Below, in pieces: positions 1-8,488 of a DNA stretch of 64,000 nucleotides. The notes beneath the pieces were generated by a model. The model saw only the letters and a program-made list of their open reading frames with translations, was not told where the DNA came from and ran no database searches. The position numbers and the translations under genes were made by a program. Numbering within the stretch: the stretch's first letter is position 1; the number at the start of each line of letters is the position of its first letter. The stretch spans positions 192,001 to 256,000 of the forward strand of contig CAXXFL010000003.1 of NCBI GenBank assembly GCA_963674965.2. The letters run 5' to 3'. Origin of the DNA: a bacterium (GTDB lineage: Bacteria > RBG-13-61-14 > DATKZS01).

Positions 1-529
1 TCCCGACGCCAGCGACGAAATGAGTCACCTCGCCGCCCGTCTGGTCCCATATCTCGGGACCGGTGGTCTCGTAGTGGACCAGGAAGTTGTAGGGGTTGTC
101 GAACCGGTTGGGCATGAAGTATTTGTCCGGGTCGGACTCCATAATCCGGGCGGCCTCGCGGACGGCGCCGTCCGCGCCCTCGGAAGACGGCGTCAAAACT
201 ATCGTCGCGCCCAGGGCCTGGAGAAGACTCCTTCGCTCGAGGCTCACGCTCTCGGGCATGGTCAGGGTGAGGCCAAACCCCATGGCCGCCGACGTCATGG
301 CCAGGCCGATGCCGGCGTTGCCCGAGGTCGCCTCGAGCACGGTCTTGCCCAGAGTAAGGTCCCCCTTCTCCACCGCCATGAGCAACATCTTTTTAGCGAT
401 CCTGTCCTTGACCGACCCGCAGGGGTTCGCGCCCTCGAGCTTGGCCAGCACCCTTACCTTGTCGCGAAAGGGATTAAGCTTCTCTATCTCCACCAGCGGG
501 GTCCCGCCTATGGCCTCAAGCACGCCCAT
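1..529 (-). CDS. Cysteine synthase family (CysK/CysM-like) PLP enzyme, truncated at the window edge
   Basis: Manual minus-strand translation from ATG 529: MGVLEAIGGTPLVEIEKLNP...AKLEGANPCGSVKDR...EATSGNAGIGLA...HYETTGPEIWDQT; GGAG RBS upstream. Not in the ORF track. Confidence 0.93.
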   Translation of the reverse strand, partial: MGVLEAIGGTPLVEIEKLNPFRDKVRVLAKLEGANPCGSVKDRIAKKMLLMAVEKGDLTLGKTVLEATSGNAGIGLAMTSAAMGFGLTLTMPESVSLERRSLLQALGATIVLTPSSEGADGAVREAARIMESDPDKYFMPNRFDNPYNFLVHYETTGPEIWDQTGGEVTHFVAGVG

Positions 530-727
530 ATATTCTCCCAAACCGCCCGGAACGCTCCGGGCTATCATCGATCGTTTCCGCCCGCCTGAAATAAGGTGGC
601 CCGGATAGCTTTGCTATCTGGGCGCCGACAGGCGGCGGAAAGTAAAGGCCGATGGATATCCGGCCATGGGTTCTTTACTTCCCAAGGTCTCGCGCCGCTC
701 GGACGGCCGAGTTATCCGGACACGCTG

Positions 728-760
728 AAAAAAAGCGGGGACGGAATAATCCGTCCCCGC
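728..760 (-). terminator. Rho-independent terminator closing the PqqD-lipoprotein-peptide unit
   Basis: Perfect 11-bp stem GCGGGGACGGA/TCCGTCCCCGC with a 4-nt loop, followed by 7 T on the minus strand. Confidence 0.85.
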
Positions 761-782
761 CGGTTGGTTAGTGGTTTAAAAA

Positions 783-902
783 TTATCCGAAGGCCGGGGC
801 CGCGGTCCCGCCGGTGCCTGGAATCGAGGTGGCGCTGGCGAAAGTAATGTTAACGAGCGGCTCGTTCTTCTTAACCGAAGGCTTGGTGTATTTCTTCTTC
901 AT
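783..902 (-). CDS. 39-aa putative RiPP precursor with a lasso/RRE-type leader (MKKKYTKPSVKKNEPLVNITFASATSIPGTGGTAAPAFG)
   Basis: Strong AAGGAG RBS before ATG 902; YxxP and L-x3-T leader pattern; lies between the lipoprotein stop (929) and a terminator; PqqD gene two genes upstream. An alternative in-frame ATG lies at 926. Confidence 0.8.
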   Translation of the reverse strand: MKKKYTKPSVKKNEPLVNITFASATSIPGTGGTAAPAFG

Positions 903-928
903 GGATTTCTCCTTTCTGGCTTCCATCG

Positions 929-2779
929 TTACTGAACGCATACGTGCGACGGCCACTGCTGGTAACCGCCCTGGTTCGCGGCGGTGCCCACGTTCCTGGG
1001 GGTGGCCATACCGCTATGCTGGATGTTGTAGTTGGAAAGCTCGCCCTGGGCGCCTCTGAGGATGTAATCCATCTCGGGCACCGCCGGGTCGTTGCATCCC
1101 TGGTTGGCGTCGTTCAGGTAAGCGGCGCCGCCGAAGGGATAGCAGGGGTCGTTCCAGCCGTCACCCGCGAAGCCCTTGGCGTAGAAGGTGGCCGCGTCGG
1201 TGAAGCTCTTGGTCCAGGACTGCTTGATCGAGGTGTAGCCGGAGAAGGTGTCCAGGAAGAAACTGGCTCCCAGTCCGCTTTTCCCGGCCTGGACCTTGAA
1301 GAAGTAAAGGCACATGATCAGATCGAAATCGGCGTCCGCGCCCTGCTGGTTGATGTTGACGTTGTAATAGGTGTAAGTGGCGCTGGTGGTCATCCAGCGC
1401 TCCTCAGGCCAGTAAACGCTGACCACGCCGCTCTTGGGCACGATGAAGTTCGCGATGCCGTAGTCGCCGGCCCAGGCGGGCATGTAGCCGGCGCTCAACA
1501 TGCGCATCTCGCCGCCGTACAAGGTGTAGTAACGGCCGGCGGAACTTCCGGCGCTGATGAAGCCGTTAAAGGTCTCGAACTCGCCAGTGGCGGCGTACAT
1601 GGCCAGCCAGCCGGCACTGGTGTCGCCTGGCGTGTTGAGCGCGTTGGGCAGCTCGAACTGGGTGTAGGACGGATAGTGCTTGTTGCACATGGTGGCGTTT
1701 TCGCAGGGCATGACGGCCCTGGTGGAAGCGCCGCGCACTATGGTTCCGCCCTGGGAGTTGCCCTGAGAGGTGACCACGTTCAGCACGAAGGGATTGTACC
1801 TTAAAACGTAGGCGATCTGGTTGTAGTAGAAATATCCGGACTGCTGCCTGTAGTAGTTGCCCACTTCCTGGGCCTCGAGCCTGTCGGGATACTCGACGCC
1901 GACGGCCATGGCGAAGTACTGGCCCGGGCTGACCACGTTGGCCACGGACGCGCCGTAGCCGGACATGACGTTCGAGCGGCGAGGGTTACCAATGGCGTAA
2001 ATCCCTCTATTGGGGGCGCTGGACAGGTTGTCCGCCAGGTCGGTGGCCATCAGGTAGAAGGTGGTCCTGTCATAGAAGTCGTAGCGGGAGTCGGTGGTCG
2101 GGTCGTCCCAGGGGAAGTAGTCCGCCGTGACGGTGGCGCGGAACTCGTAGTTGCCGGCCTGGTTTCCGAAGTCCCAGATCGTGCTCCTGGAGCCGCACTC
2201 GGGATGGATGGCCTGGAAGGGCTTTTTCATGGTTACGACCGTCGATCCGGCGCAACCCATCTCGTTGAAGGGCTCGTAGCCCAGCGAGTAGTAGATGCCG
2301 TCCTCAACGTAGCAGTAGCCGCCGCCGTTGATGGACTGCTGGCAACCGGTGTCGCCCGCGCCCGGAAGGTGGCAGGTGGTACCGTCAAGGGCGATGAAGT
2401 CGGCGTTGTCGAACCTGGCGCTGACGCAGGTCTGGCAGGCCGAGGTGAACACGAAGGCGTTGGCCATGTACTCGTCGGAGTCCAGGTTGACGAGCCTGAC
2501 CCAGCCGGTCGACTCGGCGCCCACTCCGCTGGTCGGGGTGTCGCCCATCTCGAGCGCGACCGTATGGCCGCCGATAACCGCCGTGGCGGCGCCGGAGCCG
2601 TTTCCGATGATGATCTGTCCGTCCTGATAGGATATCGGGATGGACTCGAAGTTAGCCTGGTCGCCCGGGGTTACCGAATCCTCGGAACTCGAGGGCCCCA
2701 TGCATCCGGCAAACAAGAGCCCGGCGCATACCAGCGCGAGACCCATTAATTTGCCCGTCTTGAAAAACCTTTTCATCAT
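929..2779 (-). CDS. Large Cys/Tyr/Gly-rich lipoprotein of unknown function
   Basis: 616-aa ORF with lipobox LFAGC, AAGGAG RBS and host-like codon usage. Confidence 0.85.
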   Translation of the reverse strand: MMKRFFKTGKLMGLALVCAGLLFAGCMGPSSSEDSVTPGDQANFESIPISYQDGQIIIGNGSGAATAVIGGHTVALEMGDTPTSGVGAESTGWVRLVNLDSDEYMANAFVFTSACQTCVSARFDNADFIALDGTTCHLPGAGDTGCQQSINGGGYCYVEDGIYYSLGYEPFNEMGCAGSTVVTMKKPFQAIHPECGSRSTIWDFGNQAGNYEFRATVTADYFPWDDPTTDSRYDFYDRTTFYLMATDLADNLSSAPNRGIYAIGNPRRSNVMSGYGASVANVVSPGQYFAMAVGVEYPDRLEAQEVGNYYRQQSGYFYYNQIAYVLRYNPFVLNVVTSQGNSQGGTIVRGASTRAVMPCENATMCNKHYPSYTQFELPNALNTPGDTSAGWLAMYAATGEFETFNGFISAGSSAGRYYTLYGGEMRMLSAGYMPAWAGDYGIANFIVPKSGVVSVYWPEERWMTTSATYTYYNVNINQQGADADFDLIMCLYFFKVQAGKSGLGASFFLDTFSGYTSIKQSWTKSFTDAATFYAKGFAGDGWNDPCYPFGGAAYLNDANQGCNDPAVPEMDYILRGAQGELSNYNIQHSGMATPRNVGTAANQGGYQQWPSHVCVQ

Positions 2780-2916
2780 TAAGTTCTCCTTTCAATAATG
2801 ACTTTAAGTTTCAAATCCTAAATCTCTTACGAAAAATCCCTTTCAAAACACGATTAAGCTTGTATCACCCCCTCTTCGATTTTCCTTAAATTCCAATACA
2901 TTGATTAAACCGATTA

Positions 2917-3186
2917 CTATTTTATAAGACCTTGTTCCCTTAAATCCGAAATAAACTCCTTAATGTCCCCCGCCGCCCGATTGGGCTCGACCTCGAAGGC
3001 CTCGCATAAAGATTTTACCATATCTTCCTCTTCGGCGCCGCCTTCTTTTTCGATCAGCTTCCACAGGAAACAGCCCGTCTCGTTCAGACTGAAATAAAAT
3101 TTGGTCTCGAGATGCAAAAGGACCGCGCTTCCGTCATCCAAATCCGTAAATACCACGTCTTCCCTTGCGCTATACTTCTTTCCCAA
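2917..3186 (-). CDS. PqqD family protein / RiPP recognition element (RRE)
   Basis: 89 aa with VLLHLETKFYFSLNETGCFLWKLI...LCEAFEV...DIKEFISDLREQGLI, the typical PqqD pattern. Confidence 0.9.
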   Translation of the reverse strand: MGKKYSAREDVVFTDLDDGSAVLLHLETKFYFSLNETGCFLWKLIEKEGGAEEEDMVKSLCEAFEVEPNRAAGDIKEFISDLREQGLIK

Positions 3187-3205
3187 TTTTATTTTCTCTC
3201 ACCCT

Positions 3206-3222
3206 TGCAATAATCGTTCCGG
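3206..3222 (-). promoter_or_regulatory. Candidate sigma54 (-24/-12) promoter of the PqqD gene
   Basis: Minus strand CCGGAACGATTATTGCA = GG-N10-GC, close to the consensus TGGCACG-N4-TTGC. Confidence 0.6.
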
Positions 3223-3252
3223 CTAGAGTATTCAAAACCGAAAACGTTTTAA

Positions 3253-3265
3253 AATCAATACTTTA
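3253..3265 (+). promoter_or_regulatory. IHF-binding site
   Basis: AATCAATACTTTA matches WATCAR-N4-TTR exactly and lies between the sigma54 site and an upstream inverted repeat. Confidence 0.55.
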
Positions 3266-3804
3266 GAAGCGCTACAACCCTATCGAAAAATGTCATATGT
3301 CCCGAAAATCATGTACTTTTTTCGAGATAAAGACATAAAAGTCTAACAATTTTGCGCACTTCATCCTTTTCTACGCGACTCTATTGATTTAGCATATACC
3401 CAAATAATTGTCAATAGAAAAATTAAAAATTTTCATCTAAACCTATCCGATGAATAATAGACGCGTAATTCCATAAAACGTCACCCCTGGTCATCTCCTC
3501 GCAAGGCCAGAGTTATGTCAAGGCAACCCATCCTTTTCTCATGATCCGGAAAGAAGCGTGCCGTCTCAAGCCGCATGGACCATGACGGGCATTCGAGCGA
3601 AATCTTACGACGTCGCCAAGAAACCCTCGAAATTTTTTCAACGACTTCGTCCGGCCGGGCGAAAAAGCCCTCTCGACCGTCGGTCCTACTTGCCCTTGGC
3701 GGCCGCGAGCTTACGGGCCGGTCCCGTCTCCGGATATTCCAAATCCGGCGCCATGCCTTGAAGTTCGATCCATATAATGGTAACATTTTTGCAAATTCCA
3801 GGAA

Positions 3805-5022
3805 TTGAAAGGAAAGGCGTTGAAAAAGGCATCTTTATTTATAGAGTTGATTTTGATTTTCTCCCTCTTCGCGGGCCTTGCGGGGGCCAAGTGCGGGGAC
3901 AAGGACAAGTCGCCGGCCAAGGACCCCCTTAAGGAAAAGGCCCTCGAGCACTACGCCGAGGGCAGGCGGCTTTTCTTAAGTTGCGATCCCAACGTTTACG
4001 CCAAGGCCAAGGACGAGTTCGACATGTCTCTTTCCTTCTGGGAGGACAACCCCGAGGCCCTGGCGGCCCGGGCGGAGACGATCTCGATGTGGTACGGCTT
4101 CATGCTCCCCGAGGAGGCCTTCCAGGCGGCTTACATGGACGCCCAGCGGGCGGTCAGGCTGGACCCCGATCTGGACATGGGCTACAGGGCCATGGCCGAC
4201 CTTTTCCGGCACCACCGCGACCCGGAAACGGGAGAGTTCGACGTGGAGTACGCCCTTTCCGTGATCGAGAGGGCCATGGGCAAGAACCCGGACTCGGCGG
4301 AGAACCTGTACGTGAAGGGCTCGATTTACCTTTCCCGGGACCCGGCGGCGGCCATCGAGATACTTCAGAAGGCGGTCTCGTTAAACCCTAACCTGGGCAA
4401 GTCATACTTTAACCTGGCCAGCGCGCGCCAGATGCTGGCCGACCGGATGAAACTCGAGCTGGCCAACGACCCGGAGAAGCTCGAGGAGGCCAGACAGGCC
4501 ATCGACGCCCATTACGCCGAGGCGGAAAGGTTGCTTGGCTCTTACGTGCGGATAGTTCCGGGAGACCTGGCGGGATACTGCTCGAGCGGCATCGTCAAGC
4601 AAAGGTTGGGAAAAACGGACGAGGCTGAAACCATGTTCCAGGAAACGGTCAAGATCAACCGGTCGCCGGACAAGTCCCAGGACGTCTGGAGGATACTGGC
4701 CTATTTGCAGCTCGCCTCGATCGCGGAGACGCGGGATTCCGACCTCGAGGCGGCCAGGCTCTACCTGGACGGGGCCTACAAGCTGGCGCCCATGAACCGG
4801 GAAACCCTTCTGCGGCTTATCGACTTAAGCGGCAAACAAAAAAACGAGGATGACGTAAAACGCTTCGCCGAGGAGCTTCAAAAGGCCCAAACCACCATGC
4901 GCGAAAGGCTGGCTCCCCAGGCGGGCGACACGGCCGGGACCGCCGCCGGCGACGCGGCGGCCCCGATGCCCGGCGGCGACGAAGCGGCCGAGGGGGGGGA
5001 CACGACCCGGCCCTCCCCCTGA
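3805..5022 (+). CDS. Exported TPR-repeat protein, possibly a lipoprotein
   Basis: N-terminal hydrophobic segment followed by Cys; several TPR-like units (QRAVRLDPD, QKAVSLNPN, AYKLAP). The start could be TTG 3820. Confidence 0.8.
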   Translation: MKGKALKKASLFIELILIFSLFAGLAGAKCGDKDKSPAKDPLKEKALEHYAEGRRLFLSCDPNVYAKAKDEFDMSLSFWEDNPEALAARAETISMWYGFMLPEEAFQAAYMDAQRAVRLDPDLDMGYRAMADLFRHHRDPETGEFDVEYALSVIERAMGKNPDSAENLYVKGSIYLSRDPAAAIEILQKAVSLNPNLGKSYFNLASARQMLADRMKLELANDPEKLEEARQAIDAHYAEAERLLGSYVRIVPGDLAGYCSSGIVKQRLGKTDEAETMFQETVKINRSPDKSQDVWRILAYLQLASIAETRDSDLEAARLYLDGAYKLAPMNRETLLRLIDLSGKQKNEDDVKRFAEELQKAQTTMRERLAPQAGDTAGTAAGDAAAPMPGGDEAAEGGDTTRPSP

Positions 5023-5084
5023 CGGAAAGGCCGCCTCCTTGGGTCATGGGCCCGCTTCAGGGGCCTGAAAGGAGGACCGAAAAG

Positions 5085-5681
5085 ATGTTGAACTCGGGCG
5101 TCCTGGTACTGAACAAGTCGTTCATGCCGGTACACGTGACCACCGTTCGCCGCGCTCTCACGCTTCTTTACCAGGGCGTCGCCAAGGCCGTCAACGAGCA
5201 ATACGAGGTCTTCAACTTCGACGACTGGAGCCAGCTCAAGCCGCTGGAGGGCCAGCCGTCGATCGGGCTGGTGGGAGGCTCGATCCGGGTCCCTCGCGTC
5301 ATCCTTCTTACCACCTACAACCGCCTGCCCAAGCGGCACGTCAGGTTCTCTCGTCTCAATATATTCCTCAGGGACAAGAACACCTGCCAGTACTGCGGCC
5401 AGACCCTTCCCCGAAAGGAACTCAACATCGACCACGTGATCCCGCGCTCGAGGGGCGGGACCTCGGTATGGGACAACGTGGTCTGCTCCTGCTTCGAGTG
5501 CAACAGGAGAAAGGGGGGAAGAACGCCCGAGGAGGCGAGGATGCGCCTGATCCGCAAGCCGGCCCGGCCCAGGTGGACCCCCAGCTTCGGTTTCAGGTTC
5601 GATCCCCATAATTACAGGGAATGGGTGCCCTTCCTCGACTTCATAGACGCGTCCTATTGGCACGCGGAGCTTATGGAATGA
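5085..5681 (+). CDS. HNH endonuclease
   Basis: RDKNTCQYCG...NIDHVIPRSRGG...WDNVVCSCFECNRRKG; GGAGG RBS before ATG 5085. Confidence 0.92.
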   Translation: MLNSGVLVLNKSFMPVHVTTVRRALTLLYQGVAKAVNEQYEVFNFDDWSQLKPLEGQPSIGLVGGSIRVPRVILLTTYNRLPKRHVRFSRLNIFLRDKNTCQYCGQTLPRKELNIDHVIPRSRGGTSVWDNVVCSCFECNRRKGGRTPEEARMRLIRKPARPRWTPSFGFRFDPHNYREWVPFLDFIDASYWHAELME

Positions 5682-6145
5682 AGAAAAAAATCGTCCTGGC
5701 CGTTATCGCCCTGGCCGCCGTCTCCTTTGGATGGTGCGCTACCAAGAGACTGTTCCAGGACGACGAGAAAAAAATCCTCGAAACCATCGAGCTCATGCGC
5801 CAGGCGGCCGAGGCCAAAAACACCGACGCCTTCATGGAGCACTTCTCGGGCGACTATTCAGACAATAGCGGAAACTCCAAGCTGATCGTCTACGGCATGG
5901 TCAAGAACATACTGGGCGGGCTGGAGAAATTAAACGTCACGGTCAAGGACGTGGACGTGCTCGTGACGGGAGACACCGCCTATGCCACCGTGACCGTGAC
6001 CGCGGACGCGGTAAAAAGAGGAAAACGGATCGAGCCCTTCGGGACCGAGCAAAACCCCGAGCGGCCTCGCGTGACCTTCCGTAAAAGCTCCATGGGCAAT
6101 TGGAAAATCGTCAAAGTGGACGACGTCAGAAGCAATTCATTTTAA
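5678..6145 (+). CDS. Exported NTF2/SnoaL-like protein
   Basis: ATGA overlap with the HNH stop; signal peptide; AEAKNTDAFMEHFSGDY...WKIVKVD pattern. Confidence 0.7.
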   Translation: MKKKIVLAVIALAAVSFGWCATKRLFQDDEKKILETIELMRQAAEAKNTDAFMEHFSGDYSDNSGNSKLIVYGMVKNILGGLEKLNVTVKDVDVLVTGDTAYATVTVTADAVKRGKRIEPFGTEQNPERPRVTFRKSSMGNWKIVKVDDVRSNSF

Positions 6146-6380
6146 AATCATCAATTTATACGGCTCATTCCGCTCCGGAATGATTCCCGACTATTTAACG
6201 CCCACTTTATATGAGGGTAATACTGGATAGGGCCAATAAGCTCAACTATCCGTTATTAAAATATTATTCCCATTCCATAAGCGGGGACCCGGCTTTGTCT
6301 CGACTCGTTCCGCCGCCTTGGAAAAGACCGCCATCCAATAAAGTTCACCCTTTCAGGCCATGAATTTTTTCATGTTTGAG

Positions 6381-6566
6381 GAGCCTCTTGCAAAATTCCC
6401 GCTTTGGAGTGCGGCGGCTCGACGCCGCTTTTCTTCCGAGCGGCTTGACGCGAGGCAAGCAGGTGTATTAATAGGCCTTGTCAAGCCAAGGCCATCGAAA
6501 GCGGTCTCAAGCGACCGAACTCCAAAGCGGCTATGCCGCAAAGAAAAGTACTTTTGCAAGAAGCTC
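6381..6566 (+). mobile_element. MITE copy 1 (186 bp) enclosing a REP-like doublet
   Basis: TIRs GAGCCTCTTGCAAAA / TTTTGCAAGAAGCTC; 4-bp flanking duplication TGAG; three more copies in the window. Confidence 0.85.
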
Positions 6567-6711
6567 TGAGAAAACAGAAAAAACGAAACCTCCCTTCCAT
6601 AGTTTTTGGTCTGGAAAAAACACGCGGTTATGTTAAATCGTCAATATCCGGTATATGAAGCCGATAACGTCAATATTCCTAAACAACCGTTATAAAATAA
6701 TAATAATAAAC

Positions 6712-6740
6712 AAAGCCCCGGAAATCCATCCGGGGCCCTT
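6712..6740 (-). terminator. Probable terminator after the FmdB gene
   Basis: Hairpin GCCCCGGA-N6-TCCGGGGC followed by a T-rich run on the minus strand. Confidence 0.6.
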
Positions 6741-6758
6741 CGAGATCAAAAAAGACGG

Positions 6759-7082
6759 TCAGGAGGCGGTGGAGCCAGCCGTGGCTTTATTTTCCGGGGA
6801 CTTGGACGTGGGTTTGGTCTCGGTCTTAGGTTCGCTTTTAACCTCGGTTTTCGACTCGGTGGAAGGGGCTTCTTTTTCCTTGCCCGCCCCGTTGGCTTTC
6901 GTCTTCCCTCCATAGTCGGTTACGTACCATCCGCTGCCTTTCAGATGAAAGGAACTCTCGCTGATAATTTTCCTGACCTTTTTCTTTTTACAGATCGGGC
7001 ATCGCGTAAGCGGCTTGTCGTTTATCCCCTGCCATTCCTCGAATATACCGCATTCGGGACATTCGTACTCATAGATAGGCAT
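6759..7082 (-). CDS. FmdB family zinc-ribbon protein
   Basis: MPIYEYECPECG...CPIC...FHLKGSGWYVTDY followed by a K/S/T/E-rich tail. Confidence 0.92.
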   Translation of the reverse strand: MPIYEYECPECGIFEEWQGINDKPLTRCPICKKKKVRKIISESSFHLKGSGWYVTDYGGKTKANGAGKEKEAPSTESKTEVKSEPKTETKPTSKSPENKATAGSTAS

Positions 7083-7121
7083 TTTAACAACCCCCAGAAG
7101 ACCTGGATTTAATTAAATATT

Positions 7122-7148
7122 TTGGCACTCGCTCATTCCGAGTGCTAC
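7122..7148. promoter_or_regulatory. CIRCE element (HrcA operator)
   Basis: TTGGCACTC-N9-GAGTGCTAC against the consensus TTAGCACTC-N9-GAGTGCTAA; lies between the promoter and the FmdB start. Confidence 0.85.
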
Positions 7149-7186
7149 ATAGCCGGTATTTAACGGCTTTTTTGCTCCCGTTCCTA

Positions 7187-7214
7187 ATTATAACCATACG
7201 GGCCGGTTTGTCAA
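7187..7214 (-). promoter_or_regulatory. Sigma70 promoter of the FmdB gene
   Basis: Minus strand TTGACA-N16-TATAAT. Confidence 0.75.
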
Positions 7215-7249
7215 GCCGCTCGAGGCGCCCGCGGAAAAATTTTACCGCC

Positions 7250-8284
7250 TCATTTGTAGAAGACCGGCTGGGTAAGGGCCACCTTGCCGTCCTCGTCGGT
7301 TACCTTCACCCTGACGTAAAGTTCGTCTCCCTTGACCCGGTATATGCCGTACAGGCCCTCGGCCGTCTCCAGGACCTCTCCCTTGGCCCCTATGAACTCG
7401 ATTCTGCACGGCTTTTCCGCCTCGACCCATACCTGGATCGACTCGGCCGTGACCTTGTATTGCTGCAGAAGCACTCCCGTGGAGCTGTAAAATTTCCCCT
7501 CCCTGATGGCCTGGAGAATTTTCTCCTGACTGCGATCGAGGGCGTCAACCATGATAAATCCACCGCCCGGCGGGTCCCCGATGAGGGGGTTTTTATGCAC
7601 GAACTTGTGGGCGTCGTCCGTGGCCATGCCGTAAAATACGTAGCCTTGGGTCAGAAGCTGGTCCCACAGGGGCTCGGCCAGGGCGTTGTAGGAACCCGGC
7701 TGGGCGTTGATGACCTCGAAATGGTGAATGTTCTCGAGGGCCTTGAAGTCATCGGCGGTGACGAAGGCCAGGGGCGTGATCGGGTGGTTGAGGACCGGCA
7801 CTCCTCCCTGGGCCAGGACGTCGTCTATGGCCCTCTGGTAGGCCGTGATTTTATCCTCCCCAAAGGCCGGGCGGATATAGCTTTTTATGCCCAGGCCGTT
7901 CACGTGCCATTTCATGGTGGTGATTTCCTCGCCCTTTATATATAGAAGCCCCTCCGGGGCCTCGAGTCCCTCGTGCCAGTAGTTGTGGTCGGTGAAGACG
8001 ATGAAATCGTAGTCGTGGTCCGCGTACCAGTTCAGCGTGTTCTCCGGCGGGCCGTCGCCGTGGCGCGGCATCCTCTCCCCGTCGGTGTCGGAGTGGCAGT
8101 GGGTGTTGCCCTTGTACCAGTTGGACGCGAAGTAAGGCTCGAAGGCCATCCCCTCCCGGTTGGCCGCGGCCGGCTCGGGCATCTCGAGATATTGCTTCTT
8201 TATCTCCGGCGGGACCGAGGTCTGGGAAAAAGAAGCCCCGGGTAAAAGCAGCAAAAAAGCGAAAAGGATAAGATACTTTTTCAT
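7250..8284 (-). CDS. Secreted PHP-domain metallohydrolase (CehA/McbA-like)
   Basis: Signal peptide; KGNTHCHS, FTDHN, GEEIT, NHP and TDDAH motifs. Confidence 0.85.
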   Translation of the reverse strand: MKKYLILFAFLLLLPGASFSQTSVPPEIKKQYLEMPEPAAANREGMAFEPYFASNWYKGNTHCHSDTDGERMPRHGDGPPENTLNWYADHDYDFIVFTDHNYWHEGLEAPEGLLYIKGEEITTMKWHVNGLGIKSYIRPAFGEDKITAYQRAIDDVLAQGGVPVLNHPITPLAFVTADDFKALENIHHFEVINAQPGSYNALAEPLWDQLLTQGYVFYGMATDDAHKFVHKNPLIGDPPGGGFIMVDALDRSQEKILQAIREGKFYSSTGVLLQQYKVTAESIQVWVEAEKPCRIEFIGAKGEVLETAEGLYGIYRVKGDELYVRVKVTDEDGKVALTQPVFYK

Positions 8285-8488
8285 GGCCGACTCCTTCGAA
8301 TTTTTCCCGGCGGCCCGAGGATGGGGACCCGACGCCGCCGGCCAGAATCTATTATAGTCTATTACGGCGAGAGGAAGTCCTCAAGCCAGGCCTCCGGGCG
8401 CGGCCGCGAGTCTTGCCCATGGAACGAGAGTGTTTTTCTTCCTTTCTTTTTTCTGGAATAGCATGGCGCGCCAAGCTACAATAGCCAT

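Noticed and set aside
20-608. Plus-strand ORFs 20-589 and 96-608, and the many long antisense ORFs elsewhere (e.g. 8381-10414, 11650-13044, 47240-48715)
   Set aside because: They are shadows of real opposite-strand genes in GC-rich DNA and show no motifs of their own.
783-902. Canonical lasso peptide
   Set aside because: The core has no Asp/Glu for the macrolactam, and there is no cyclase or B2 gene in the window.
6353-6569. Similar short ORFs at 6353, 15291, 29262 and 56272 suggesting a peptide family
   Set aside because: They are translations of the MITE; starts and stops differ between copies.
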